Assembly: GCA_964016885.1 (NCBI GenBank)
Contig: OZ024740.1
Location: 366,668,001 to 366,732,000 of the forward strand
Length of the DNA: 64,000 bases
Source of the DNA: Eledone cirrhosa
Taxonomy: Eukaryota
Direction: 5' to 3'
Numbering within the stretch: position 1 is the first letter of the stretch; the number at the start of each line of letters is the position of its first letter. The notes beneath the pieces were generated by a model. It made no database searches. It saw nothing but the letters and a program-made list of their open reading frames with translations, and was not told the DNA's origin. A program made the position numbers and the translations under genes. Positions 1 to 12,978 of this stretch are shown one piece after another.

Positions 1-735
1 AAGTAGAGTTTGAAGCTTTAACATAAAAAAAATCCAGATTTTGCTTCAAGGTATCCAACAAAAATATTGCATATGATAAGACAAAGTGAACTAAATGATC
101 TCATCAGATGTTTTAGAGCTGCAAAAAAATAAAGCGGAATTGTTGGGGCTCATGGTTACATCAATGAAATTTACTTGCTGATGATACCAGAGTATGATTA
201 TTTAGAAATCGTGATAAAGATTTCGGCCATTTTGTTTACAAAGAGGGTAACCTTGTAGGATGTACTGATATTGGCGGCCTTATGATGGGTTTATGCATTA
301 ACCATCATTCGGAATAGTGAAGATTATTCATTTACTTATCCAACAATTCCGGTTGGATATGCTGTTAATACGAAGGAAACATACGGGGAACGTCTGATCG
401 GTATAAATTATAATAGATACCAATGGTAGATCTGTGGTAACTTAAAAATAGCTACTTTGTTGATGGGACTAAAGTTAGACCACACTAAATACTGTTTTTT
501 TTTGTGTGTGAATGGGAGTAGTGCAAAAGATTCTCAATAGACAAAGAAAGATTGGCCACGTCACGTGTCACTAGAAACTGGGATAAAAAAAAATGTTCAA
601 AATCTGCCTCTTGTAGATAGTGAAAATATCTTGCTGCCACCAGTACACATCAAACAGCGGTTGATGAAAAATTTCATAAAAGCTCTAAATAAGACAGAAG
701 AGGCTTTTCAGTATCTTGGTATAAAATATTTCTAA
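1..735 (+). pseudogene. Degraded DNA transposase fragment, probably CMC/Chapaev3-like
   Basis: Broken frames give ELNDLIR, ICGNLK, TKYCFF.CEW and ILLPPVHIKQRLMKNFIKALNK..EAFQYL. The last resembles the LPPLHIKLGLMKNFVKA motif recalled for Chapaev3 transposases. Multiple stops and frameshifts. Confidence 0.6.
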
Positions 736-1196
736 AATATCTAAAACAATTGAACATAAACCATCAATTATTTTGTCATTTTCAAGTTTAGCACCCCAAA
801 ATGCATAAAGAAAGTGATATTTAAGCTCCGAGCAGAGGTTTTTTGAAATGTTGTAGATCTGTGTTGTCAATGGAATTATCAGCTCATTGTATTATCGTGT
901 AAGTGGCTGTGCATTCCATAGACATTTATACACTTAACGTAACTCGCTGTCAGACTGTCATAAGCAGTGATAGAAATAGATTTCAGTTAAGGGCGCGGTA
1001 GATCCTATAGCCCCACCCCATGGAAACTGAATAGTAGGGGAACGCCGCCATGTCATTGTGTTAACCCCCGCCTCATTTCCATCAGGTGACAAAGCTGATT
1101 ACTCTTGAATTACAGAATTATAGATATGGTTCATTTGGTATTATATTGGCAGCTGATATTTCAGTTACATTTAGACATCTTTATGACATTAAAACG

Positions 1197-1204
1197 AAAA
1201 TTAT

Positions 1205-1262
<58 letters not shown>

Positions 1263-1527
1263 AAAGAATGAAGAATAACATGGTCGGCTGTACAAAAAGG
1301 GTTTATTTACAGTATTAACAATTGTTTCATTAATCAGGTGAGTCTCAAAGCCGCTGGTCGCTAGAAAATTACGTCACTCGACCTACAGGCACACTGTAAT
1401 TAGGGTCAAGTGACGTAATTTTCTAGCGATCAGCGGCTTTTAGACTCACCTGATTAATGAAACGATTGATACTACTGTAAATAAACCCTTTTTGTACAGC
1501 CGACCATGTTATTCTTCATTCTTTTAT

Positions 1528-1617
<90 letters not shown>

Positions 1618-1622
1618 ATTTT
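1197..1622. repeat. Fold-back (palindromic) element with mirrored (CA)n(TA)n flanks
   Basis: 1256-1384 is the near-perfect reverse complement of about 1403-1530, and the flanking microsatellites are mirrored. Shares catgg(t/c)..gctgtacaa and acaattgtttcatt with the 14785-16362 element. Confidence 0.9.
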
Positions 1623-1829
1623 GTGTGTAAAAACCTTTGTATGGGCCGCAGGTGTGCTTGTAAAGGGCCCCATGTTTGACATACCTGGTGTAGACCTCTG
1701 GCGTTCGTTGTTCCCGTACTACCTACTTACCCACTACTATCGGGCTGAGCCCCACGTGTTAGAACAGCTATTTCAAAGCGTCTCCTTTGCTTTCTACCGT
1801 TGGAACCAAATATTCCAGTATCACAAGAC

Positions 1830-2030
1830 GGTGGATTGGCAGTATCGGTAGAGCGTCGGACAACATGCTTTACTGCATAGAGTTATGGCCTCTTACAATC
1901 TGAGTTCAAATCCTGCCAAGGTTAGTTTTACCTTCTATCCTTAACGGGATCGAGAGAATAAAGTACCAGTGATGCACTGGGGTCGACTTAATCGACTTTC
2001 CCCTCTTCACAAATTGCTGGCCTTGTGCAT
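1830..2030 (+). mobile_element. tRNA-derived SINE (Meta-domain-like core)
   Basis: A-box-like tggcagtatcggtagagcg, B-box gagttcaaatcc, core ccttctatcctt..gggatcga..aagtaccag. Multiple copies in the window. Confidence 0.8.
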
Positions 2031-2117
2031 ATAGTTATCGCAACTATACAAAATGAAAAATCTTTCTTTAAGATAGTTATTTTTATTTTCAAAGTTAGTA
2101 TTTATTTCATTATTTTG

Positions 2118-2300
2118 GATTTGCAGTATCGGTAGAGAGTCGGACACCATGCTTTGAAGCATAGAGTTACGTCCCTTTATGATCTGAGTTCAAATCCCGC
2201 CGAGGTTAACTTTGCCTTTCATCCTTACGGGGTCGATAAAATAAAGTACCAGTAATGTACTGGTTAATTGCTGGCCTTGTGTCTAAAATAGAAACAATTA
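2118..2300 (+). mobile_element. tRNA-derived SINE, same family
   Basis: gagttcaaatcccgccgaggttaactttgcctttcatccttacggggtcgataaaataaagtaccag; nearly identical to the copies at 57857 and 60241. Confidence 0.85.
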
Positions 2301-2636
2301 TTTTATATAGGCACCATAAAATTGTAGTTATTTTAACTATGATACATTACCTTAGGTTATCCGCATACTCTAAAAAATTCCCGCGATATGACCGACCACT
2401 CTAATTCTGTTACAATACTTTGTCAGATATCCCGCGAGTAACGCCAATTATGTTCTAAAGATAGCGTGCCAAACTTCGGCGTTGAAGCAGTGCAAATAAA
2501 ACGCTAGAACTTTTGTTTACTTTTGGTGTTTAAATATTGGTATAGTACGGTATATTTTGGTTTGTTCTGGCGACCGTTATGTTCAAAACGTATACTTGTA
2601 CTGAAGAAATTAACCACAACTCTAATCACACAAGGA

Positions 2637-3537
2637 ATGTCGTCTTCGAAAAAGGCCAATTTCTCAATGTGCAAGGAAATCCCGGCACCGACAAGTTCGT
2701 CAAATACAGACTTGTCTAGTTTTGCTGCCTCTTTTGTTGAACACATTTTGGATAAAATTGCGTTCAAATCAGTGAATATCCAATCTTCTTCTGAACTACG
2801 ATTGAACACGATCGATCAATCGAGTGAAGATTCTTTGGATGATAAAACTTGTCAGGTAAGTGATGAGAACTCTTCAGAAGCAGAGAGTGAAAATAGCCAT
2901 GAAGAAATGGATGGATGTCTAAAGTATGATTTCCCTTACCTTCTAAACCCTGGCAACCAGCGACACGAGACCATGTTTAGGTCAGCTTCATTCCAAAGTG
3001 CACTAATATTAGATGAAGAGTTAGCAGCATACAATCCAATTCGCAGCCATAAATTTTCTTTTGAAAGAAACAAGAAAGAATGTATTTCAGACAATTCCGA
3101 TAAATCTACAGTGCAAATTAATCATGAAATGCATCATAACAACTTCATGTTACTAGGAGGTCATTTAAAGCGGAAACAAATTAGTGTAGCTCCGTCTTTC
3201 CTTAGATCTCACTCAGAATCATCGTACCTTCACGAAGTTTTCTATCGAAGACCTACATCATTGCTCAAGTCCGACGTTTTAGAAAGTTGTACGTTTGAGA
3301 ACGAGCGCAATAAATTCTTATTAGAAGTCGAGAATCTGTGTCGGAAAAAAGAGACAGATGTACTCAATCGAATCATGGCGGAAATCATGGACATTTCCTG
3401 TATGGCGAACAACGCAGATACCAAGGACCGAAATTCACCAGACACTTCTAAGGAAAAATATGACAAATTTGACAATATTGCTGCTTTTCTCTGCAAAGAA
3501 TTAAAAGAACATTATAAACTGTTGAAATGTACGGCGG
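2637..3537 (+). CDS. Exon 1 of uncharacterised multi-exon gene (Ser/Glu-rich N-terminus)
   Basis: Non-repetitive 300-codon ORF from ATG 2637, ending at donor G|GTAGGT (phase 1), which matches exon 2. Confidence 0.75.
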
Positions 3538-3799
3538 GTAGGTTATCGGGATTTTTCGGCGTCATCATTACAATCACTACCATCGTAATCATTACCCCCG
3601 AGTCAACAAGGGAGACTATGTGGTCACTCAACCTGCAAGAAACAGCAGTCAATGTCTCAAATTTCACGCCATAGTATTTAAAAAAATGAGAGGTTATATA
3701 ATGTAGTCCTGGGTTCCCTGCACACAGGGAAAAGAAGAGATGGTCACAGTTGGAATGCCTTTGGTTATAGGTCTGTTCAATCAGGGTTGATCTGAAGTT

Positions 3800-5126
3800 A
3801 GACAACAACATCAACATCATCATCATCATCTCTATCACCATCATTATCATCATATCATAGTCAAGATGCTGCTGATTATCATCAACATCAATATGAACAT
3901 GATTATCAATATTGAAGTGATCATTACTACCCGCCATTACCATCATCCTCACCACCACCACCACCACCACCACCACCACCACCACCACCACCACCACCAC
4001 CACGACCACCACCACCACCACAACCATCACCACTACCACTACCACCACTGCCATCACCACTACCACAACCATCCCACCCACCAACACCACTACCACAACC
4101 ATCCCACCCACCAACACCACTACCACAACCATCACCACTACCACTACCACCACTGCCATCACCACTACCACAACCATCCCACCCACCAACACCACTACCA
4201 CAACCATCCCACCCACCAACACCACTACCACAACCATCACCACTACCACTACCACCACTGCCATCACCACTACCACAACCATCCCACCCACCAACACCAC
4301 TACCACAACCATCCCACCCACCAACACCACTACCACAACCATCACCACTACCACTACCACCACTGCCATCACCACTACCACAACCATCCCACCCACCAAC
4401 ACCACTACCACAACCATCCCACCCACCAACACCACTACCACAACCATCACCACTACCACTACCACCACTGCCATCACCACTACCACAACCATCCCACCCA
4501 CCAACACCACTACCACAACCATCCCACCCACCAACACCACTACCACAACCATCACCACTACCACTACCACCACTGCCATCACCACTACCACAACCATCCC
4601 ACCCACCAACACCACTACCACAACCATCACCACTACCACTACCACCACTGCCATCACCACTACCACTACCACAACCATCCCACCCACCAACACCACTACC
4701 ACAACCATCACCACTACCACTACCACCACCTCCATCACCACTACCACTACCACAACCATCACCACCATCCACCACCACTACCACACCACCACCACCACCA
4801 CCACTACCACTACCACTACCACAACCATCACCACTACCACTACCACCACTGCCATCACCACTACCACTACTACCACTGCCATCACCACTACCACTACCAC
4901 AACCATCACCACCACAACCACCACCACCACCACCACCACCACTGCCATCACCACTACCACTACCACAACTACCACCACCACCACCACCACCACCACCACA
5001 ACCATCACCACTACCACTACCACCACTACCATCACCACTACCACTACCACAACTACCACCACCACCACCACCACCACTACCACCACAACCATCACCACTA
5101 CCACTACCACCACTACTATCACCACC
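3800..5126. repeat. (CAC/CAT/TAC)n trinucleotide-derived minisatellite with 105-bp higher-order unit, intron 1
   Basis: The unit recurs at 4021, 4126, 4231, 4336, 4441 and 4546 (45+30+30 bp). Confidence 0.9.
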
Positions 5127-5177
5127 AATTTTCAAATTTCTGGAATAAACGTGTAATACATTTTAATTCTGTTGCAG

Positions 5178-5296
5178 CTTCCGGTTACCAAATCGGATAT
5201 GAAACGGCTACATCCTTCTCGAGAGCTTTGGTTGATGAACTGCGCACAAAAGAGTTTATGCTGGATTATTTCCGCAGAGAGAATCACAGAATGACA
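5178..5296 (+). CDS. Exon 2 (ASGYQIGYETATSFSRALVDELRTKEFMLDYFRRENHRMT)
   Basis: Acceptor ttctgttgcag|, donor |gtgagt; phase 1 in, phase 0 out. Confidence 0.8.
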
Positions 5297-5317
5297 GTGA
5301 GTATATATACATTTTAG

Positions 5318-5440
5318 GGTAGCGAATTGGAAAATTCGTTATAATGTCCGATAGAATACTTAGCAGTATTCGTTCCGGATCTATAAGTTCTCTGAGTTCC
5401 AATCCTGCCGAGGTCAACTTTTTCTTTCATCCTTTCATGT
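5318..5440 (+). mobile_element. Partial SINE
   Basis: gagttccaatcctgccgaggtcaacttt..tttcatccttt followed by (TG)n. Confidence 0.65.
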
Positions 5441-5444
5441 GGGT

Positions 5445-5501
<57 letters not shown>

Positions 5502-5833
5502 GTTTTAATATAGATGAGATTCTACAGGACTAGAACTGTTACATTCTTTAGAAATCATCAGGAATCTGGGTACCAAAAAATAAATATGGTATTTATAGGT
5601 CTCTTCAGGTGGTAGGAGAGGGTGGGGAGTGAGATAAATTTCTATACTTTTCATTTATATATATATATATATATATATATAAATGAAAAGTATAGAAATT
5701 ATTGTGAGCGTGAAGTCAACAGTATTTCATAATATATAAGTGACTATAACGTCAAAAAGGAAAAATAGTTAACGTAAGATGTGGGAAAATAATTCAAACT
5801 CAATTCAAAAAGAATCAAGACATAGATTCATCC

Positions 5834-6163
5834 ACAGAATTTTATGAAATCCAGGGAAAAATCAATAGATTAACTCAGAATAAAATAAAGTTTAAATATT
5901 CATCCCTCAATTTGGAAAAACTACAAATGCTCTGTATAGTCTTAAAAAGCCTATTTCACGAAACTTTCAGTGGGAATGGTCACGGTTGGAATCGATCATC
6001 AGCAGAGCTGATATCCGTGACCATTCTCACTGAAAGTTTCGTGAAATAGTCTTTTTAAGACTATACAAAGCATTTGTAGTTTTTCCAAATTGAAGGATGA
6101 GTATTTAAACTTTATTTTATTCTGAGTTAAGGCTCTATTGATTTTTCCCTGGATTCATAAAAT

Positions 6164-6168
<5 letters not shown>
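5834..6168. repeat. Fold-back element ending in (TA)n
   Basis: About 150-bp arms (about 5834-5985 and 6016-6168) are reverse complements with a few mismatches. Confidence 0.85.
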
Positions 6169-6236
<68 letters not shown>

Positions 6237-6345
6237 AAGTATTTCTGAAGAAAAAGCAAAGGTAAAAAGAGTGCTCTATATATAATACAGAGCTATTTAA
6301 TTAGAAAGTGAACAACACAATATATATATTTATATATATATATTT

Positions 6346-6427
6346 ATAACCTTCCTTCTGATGAGCGAACTAGACGTATGTTAATATTGTCTAGGGTCCT
6401 GAAACCTTTGGTAATGTAGAAGTTATA
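6346..6427 (+). ncRNA. Predicted type I hammerhead ribozyme (PLE-type)
   Basis: CTGATGA 6358, stem II ctagacgtat/atattgtctag, GAAA 6401, stem III CC-ttt-GG, GTA triplet. Enclosed by inverted repeat 6299-6327/6424-6451. Confidence 0.65.
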
Positions 6428-6466
6428 TATTGTGTTGTTCACTTTTTAATTATATATATATATATA

Positions 6467-6632
6467 CTGATACTTAAATGTAAGTATGTATACGTACATA
6501 CATATATGTATACAGACGTACAGTAGTATGTATATATATACATACATGCACACACATATATATATATACATACTACTGTACGTCTGTACACATATATGTA
6601 TGTAGGTGTACATACTTATATTTAGGTATCAG
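6467..6632. repeat. Short palindrome of TA/CA-rich sequence
   Basis: ctgatacttaaatgtaagtatgta...tacatacttatatttaggtatcag, with inner cagacgtacagtagtatg mirrored. Confidence 0.8.
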
Positions 6633-6987
6633 CCGTACTAAGAGTGAGAAATGAAATTTCGTTTCATTCTTTTCCATTTATCGTTTTCGGTCGACTAACT
6701 TACTCGATATGCAAATTAGGCTGCTCAGCCGTTAATAGGCATAAGGAAAGTATATACTTTCAAACGTTCAATCATCTGACAGGAAGGTATACGATGCTGA
6801 CGATAGCTAATAAGCTTGACACTAGTACATCATTCCTGTGTCAGTGTTGAACAAAAAGGCGACGATGGTTGCCGAACACTGTACGGTTGTCCTTTCTGTT
6901 CCGTATAACCATGTTCATTACGAGCTGAGGATCCGCTAAGGTGAAACAATTGTTCTCGGTATGGTGAACTAACTGTTGTGTAACCAC

Positions 6988-7025
<38 letters not shown>

Positions 7026-7057
7026 TTGTGGTCAACTTGTGATATGTGTTGTTGCAG

Positions 7058-7169
7058 GAATGCTTGATTGAAAAAGAACGTGAATGGTCGAAACTGAAAA
7101 ATAGGCTGTATTCTGAGATATCAAGATTAAGGAAAGACATGGTTTCGTCCATCAACAAGCAAATGCTTG
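7058..7169 (+). CDS. Exon 3 (ECLIEKEREWSKLKNRLYSEISRLRKDMVSSINKQML), coiled-coil-like
   Basis: Acceptor ttgttgcag|, donor G|GTAGGT; phase 0 in, phase 1 out. Bridges exons 2 and 4. Absent from the ORF track. Confidence 0.8.
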
Positions 7170-8402
7170 GTAGGTTATATTGTTATATAATTAAATAATT
7201 TTATGTCTTGGCATGTGACCCTGTACTTTCTCCATATTCCTATTTTGTCAAACGATGCCGTTTTTCTCATCATCAGCAGTAACAGCGTCATTGTCATTCT
7301 TATGCCCGAGCCCCACCACATGAGAACACGTTTGTTGAGATATCAAATCTTCATAGAACCAAATATGTCAAAATTAAAGTCTATTTATCATAGAAATAAT
7401 ACACTATCTTCCTATTTTTACCTTTGAAATTTTAGCTTTTCTCGTCTAAATTATTTTCTGACTCAACATGATTTCATACGCATAGTTTTAATGAAACCTT
7501 TTGTTATATGTTGTATTTTGAATTTACTGTCCCGCATTTTTATTGACATAGCTTATCTTTATTCATTTACTAGCTGCAGTACCCAATAATACCCGGGAAA
7601 GGTGGGGTTTATCGCAGTTCCCAGAGCGCGCATGAAAATGCTAGCGACCCTGGGTGTCCATACTGGATTTTCAATAGTAACCTTTGCTAGGTGTGTTTAT
7701 GGCAGATCAATTTTTTTCTTGGAACTATCAATAGCTGTTTAAGTTATAAGTCCTTCTTCCATCCAGCTTTCTTCATTCAGAGTGAATAAGCCGGGGAAGT
7801 TTGAGCTCGAAGAGCATAGAATTTATTCAACAAACTTATGTATAAGAATAGCAAACTTGCTGCTTTAGCGCTCAAGAATAAACACAGAACAATTGAGGAA
7901 GTCATCGCAATTATTGAAGAAATTATAATCGAGTGAACATATTCAGGTACTGTTCAAGCACCCTGTATATCACCGTTTGTAAAGCCCTTCGAATGACTGA
8001 AGCAATTCAATAAAACCATCCCATTTTTCCCTATAGTACACATAGCTCGAGAAAAAATACCATAATAAGTCGGATAAACAATCAGAAGTGTTGGCCCTAA
8101 AGAGGGCCTTGTAACGTTTACTGTTGCAAAGTGTCAATAATGGGGAAAAAGTTACATCTTCTTAATTCGAAATATCAACAAAATAAACTGTACTCTCAAA
8201 GATGGCATGTTACAATAAACATGCCGGGAGTACGAATATTCGTCAACATACGATTTTGGTTTTATTCTTCGGACTAATTTCATGGTAAGCCAACTTCCAG
8301 GTCATTGATCATCACACTTTTTTGTAACTTATCACCAATTCCTGCAGTTGACCTTAATGTGACCTAAGCGTGTGCATGTGTTCAGAATCCATATCAGTGG
8401 AT

Positions 8403-8515
<113 letters not shown>

Positions 8516-8634
8516 ATAATAATAAAATTGAAGACTAAAATCCAAAGAGGGCTCGATAAGGAAAATATATATCAAATATATAAGAACCGTTAAGGGTGAA
8601 AGCAGCGATTCTTTGCTTAAACTTTAATCTGTTA

Positions 8635-8685
<51 letters not shown>

Positions 8686-8687
<2 letters not shown>

Positions 8688-8874
8688 CGAAGGAATTGTG
8701 GTAAGGAACCAGATGGACCATAACGCACCAAAGTACTCTACTTAGAGTAGTAGAGTAGGTAATAGGAACAAGTAAGACCCCGACGGCAGAGCTCAAGCCG
8801 TTTCGACGGCTATTTCTGGGTCCAGAAATAGCCGTCGAAACGGCTTGAGCTCTGCCGTCGGGGTCATACTTGTT

Positions 8875-8876
<2 letters not shown>
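8686..8876. mobile_element. Asymmetric hairpin element (family F) inside (TA)n
   Basis: Tail acgaaggaattgtggtaaggaacc... plus arms gaccccgacggcagagctcaagccgtttcgacggcta. Copies at 28625, 35311 and 53985. Confidence 0.85.
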
Positions 8877-8956
<80 letters not shown>

Positions 8957-8969
8957 ATTATATATATAT

Positions 8970-9652
8970 ATAGGAAAATTATTTGGTTCACACCCCCCTT
9001 CTCTCTAACTGTCAAAACTAATGTAGGAAGGAAATTCCTTGAACTCTTAGACAAACATTTTCCTCCTAATCATATATATTATAAGATATTTAATAGGAAC
9101 GTAGTTAAGATCATTTACTCTTGTTGCCCATCTATGAAGTCCAAGATCACCAGTTCAAATCATACGAGAACAAATCCAGGATGCAGTTGGAGGAAGCCGG
9201 ATGAATGCCCATTGCAGGGTAAATGTAACACCAAATCTGTTGTTTATGAGGCTAAAATAACACCGGTAATTAACAACCAGCCAGCCAGGAGTGAGCGATA
9301 TGTCGGTATGACCCAGGACAGGTTTAAAACCAGATTTTATTCACATGTCGCTTCTTTTAAGCACTCCGATAAACGAACATCAACGGCCTTCGCAAGTAAG
9401 GTGTGGGAATTCAAGGATAGTAACATCCCGTACTCTATCGATTGGTCTATCTTAGACCATTCGAGGGAGTACCAAAGGGGCACAAAGAATTGTTCTTTGT
9501 GTACCACAGAAAAATATAGGATTTTGCTAAACTTGAGAGCCACTTCCGCTTGCCTTAACTCAAAGACTGAGATCTTCAGATGCTGTCCTCATCTGAAATC
9601 ACATCTGATCTGTAACTGGATTGACACTCCTATGATAAATCAACCGCCTTGA
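8970..9652 (+). mobile_element. 5'-truncated Penelope-like element, GIY-YIG endonuclease region
   Basis: IIWFTPPFS..KTNVG..F, CPLQGKC..VVY..YVGMT..FKTRFYSH, CSLCTTEK, LNSKTE..CPH. Homologous to 36043-37221 and 40014-41000. Confidence 0.85.
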
Positions 9653-9831
9653 ACTCCTTCTCTGCTCTTTACTTCTGCTACGGTTTTTTTTATTTGCTGA
9701 ATCCACGTTCTGTACTCTTGTATTTTTTTTCTCCCTTATCTCCCCTTATATTTCACCTTTTCCTATGTCTTCCCCCTCCCCATATATTCTTTTTGCCTTA
9801 CCCTTCACATACCAATATGTATGTGTATGTG

Positions 9832-9908
<77 letters not shown>

Positions 9909-9941
9909 ATATATATGTATATGTAGATAGACCAGGTTTTT

Positions 9942-10008
9942 TTCATTCTGGGATTGAAGGCAAAATTTTTTTGCTTTTAAGTTTTAAGAAACCACTGGTG
10001 AATGGAAT
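9942..10008 (+). ncRNA. Degenerate hammerhead copy (direct repeat of 11343)
   Basis: ttcatt-CTGGGA-stem II-GAAA-ccactggTG-aatggaa; both core and cleavage triplet are mutated. Confidence 0.55.
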
Positions 10009-10089
10009 AATTGCCTTATGTTGCTTATTGCATTACTACTATATGTATGTATATGTAAGGTTCATATGAATTATCTAAGATTGAGTTTT

Positions 10090-10137
<48 letters not shown>

Positions 10138-10911
10138 GTATGTGTGTGTGTTTGTATTTGGTTGTGCGTGTTTATGATATGTACGTATTTGTATGTGTAT
10201 AATTGTATAGCTATGTATGTATGTGTGTGTGTATGTCTACATATATTTGTGTGTGTGTATGTGTGTGTGTGTGTATTTATATATATACATATATATATAT
10301 ATGTATGTGTATATGTGTGTGTATAATTGTATATGTGTGTGTGTGCGTGTTTGTGTATGTATTTGTGTATGTGTATGTATGTGTTTATGTATTTGTATAT
10401 GTATATTTATGTGTGAGAGTGTGTGTATGTATTTATATATATACATATATATATATATATGTATGTGTATATGTGTGTGTATAATTGTATACGTGTGTGT
10501 GTGCGTGTTTGTGTATGTATTTGTGTATGTGTATGTATGTGTTTATGTATTTGTATATGTATATTTATGTGTGAGAGTGTGTGTATGTATTTACTATTTC
10601 GTACGTATGTGTACGTGCATTTGTGTGTATTGCTTACCACGCGTGTCTGTTCATCTACCCGTCCTTTGTATCGCTGTCAACTGTATAATAATCTTTATTA
10701 TTATTTTATTTTTTTTATATATATTTTTTCTCATATTTATTTGCGTGTATGAATATGTAGAGGAGTGTATATTTTTCTAATTTTGTACATGTATATGTAC
10801 GCATTTATGTATGTGAATGTATGTACGTGTGTATATAGGTATGATTGTGTGCATGTATGTATGTATGTATATGTATGTATGTATGGCTATGTATGTGTAT
10901 GTGTATGCATG

Positions 10912-10948
<37 letters not shown>

Positions 10949-11123
10949 TTCTATTTCTATATATATATATGTGTGTATATATGTGTGTGTGGTTGTATAT
11001 ATGTATGTGTATGTATGGATGTGTTGATATTTATGTGCGTATGTATGTGTATATGTATGTGTATGTGTGTATTTATATACACATATATATGTGTATATGT
11101 GTGTATGTATGTATGTATGAGTG

Positions 11124-11196
<73 letters not shown>

Positions 11197-11342
11197 ATGT
11201 ATGCTTTTATGTGTGTGTGTGTGTGTGTTTGTGTGTGTGGTTTTATTTTATTTTTCCTTTCCTTCTTCTTTCTCCAGCCTCACTTTCATATAGATTGCAT
11301 TTTTGTTTTTAAAATCCAAATTCAATAAACAGACCAGGATTT

Positions 11343-11402
11343 TTTCATTCTGAGGATTAAAAGCAAAATTTTTTGCTTTTAAGAAACCACTGGTAAATGG
11401 AA
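11343..11402 (+). ncRNA. Predicted type I hammerhead ribozyme
   Basis: ttcatt-CTGAGGA-ttaaaagcaa(aatttt)ttgcttttaa-GAAA-CCactGG-TA-aatggaa; all three stems can form. Confidence 0.8.
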
Positions 11403-11424
11403 TAATTGCCTTATGTTGTTTATT

Positions 11425-11489
<65 letters not shown>

Positions 11490-11493
<4 letters not shown>

Positions 11494-11885
11494 GACATCT
11501 GTTCAGTCGTCAACCAAAATTAGATTGTCGTCTGTTTTTTTTTAAATTTCTTTATGTATATTTCTAAGTTGTTGCTTCGTTTTGGAGGACTTAGTTATGG
11601 AAGATAGAAGGGGAGTAGTGAGAGGGAGGGAGGGTTTAACATACAGTAGTAGTATCTCCTCTTCTCCCTCTCTCACTGAAACTTCTTCTTTCCTCCTCCA
11701 TTGTAAAGATGTCCACAGGGGTTCCATTATTGATTTTTATTGAAATCCAATTAGCCAGTCCTATTTCTGAATATCAGCTTAACATGTGTGTAAAGTTTCA
11801 TCAGGATCGGATCACTGGATTAGGTGCCAACTGGTTATACACAGATACACAGACAGACAGAAGTTGCCATTTATATAGTAGATAT
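11490..11885 (+). mobile_element. Helentron-associated (HINE/DINE-1-like) non-autonomous element, 3' part
   Basis: aagtttcatcaggatcgg ... (acag)n ... tttatatagtagat end typical of HINEs; 5' boundary uncertain. Confidence 0.5.
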
Positions 11886-11922
11886 TTGTCCTCTTCTTTC
11901 CTTTTTGTTTGTTATTTTATAG

Positions 11923-12032
11923 CAGGAAGAGAAGGAATGGTGACAGTACCATCAAAAAGACTACATTTTCTTATAGATAAATTCTATAACGAAGAAAAGA
12001 TGTTTTCCGTTGTAATGGAAAAGGAACAGAAA
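11923..12032 (+). CDS. Exon 4 (AGREGMVTVPSKRLHFLIDKFYNEEKMFSVVMEKEQK)
   Basis: Long pyrimidine tract, tandem TAG/CAG acceptor, donor |GTAAGT; phase 1 in, phase 0 out. Confidence 0.8.
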
Positions 12033-12308
12033 GTAAGTAGTCGAATGGATACATTTTTTTATCATTCCCAGTTCAGTGTAATTGTATATATATATATACA
12101 TATATATATTTAATTCTAATGGTAGTTAATTGATAGATTTGATTAGAGTTTTGCAGGTGAAATTTGTTTTACTTATGAATTTTTTATGTCGTAAATGAAT
12201 AGTTTTCTGTGCCCCACTCGTAAGAACTCCATAACTCCTGTTTCTGAGACAAGCTGCATAATAATTTACGATCGAGTGATTCGAACGGCACGCCGCCTAT
12301 AACTGTTG

Positions 12309-12450
<142 letters not shown>

Positions 12451-12920
12451 AACAATACAACAGAAGGCCGGACTGGAAGATATGCTGTAAATTTTAATTC
12501 CGTTAAATCACTTTACATATCTCAATGGACCAGCTCCATCATCCATTTATGATGCAAGACAGGAGGAACTCATCAGGTCAGGTAACTTCGACAGAATTGC
12601 AAAACAGAGTTGCCTAGAAACCATGCTTATCATAGGGAAAAGAGAATAGGAAATTGAAAAATGAAAAATGAAAATTTGACTTGGGGACTGTCTGTAAAAA
12701 GACTGTTGTAATGTGTGAAGACAGCCCCCAAGTGCTGCTAGATGTTCTATGGAAGGGTGTGTGCGGTCAAGTATCGACACAGAAGACTCTAGTCTATTGG
12801 TCACCTATCGGAGGAGGTTTCAACGTTTTAGACAGAAGTCCAAAACGTTGAAACCTCCCCCACTTCCTCCATACGTGAACCTAATATAACTGTAAAATTG
12901 CCTCCATTTCATTTATTAAC

Positions 12921-12973
<53 letters not shown>

Positions 12974-12978
<5 letters not shown>

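Noticed and set aside
1830-1920. tRNA gene
   Set aside because: A/B boxes belong to a multi-copy SINE head; no complete cloverleaf.
3512-5317. Long poly-Val, poly-His and Gly-rich ORFs
   Set aside because: Products of a triplet-based minisatellite inside phase-consistent intron 1.
5960-6010. - strand CTGATGA...GAAA in the hairpin loop
   Set aside because: The intervening sequence does not form stem II.
9746-11330. Many YI/CV/HT-repeat ORFs here and throughout the window
   Set aside because: Translations of (TA)n, (TG)n and (CA)n microsatellites.
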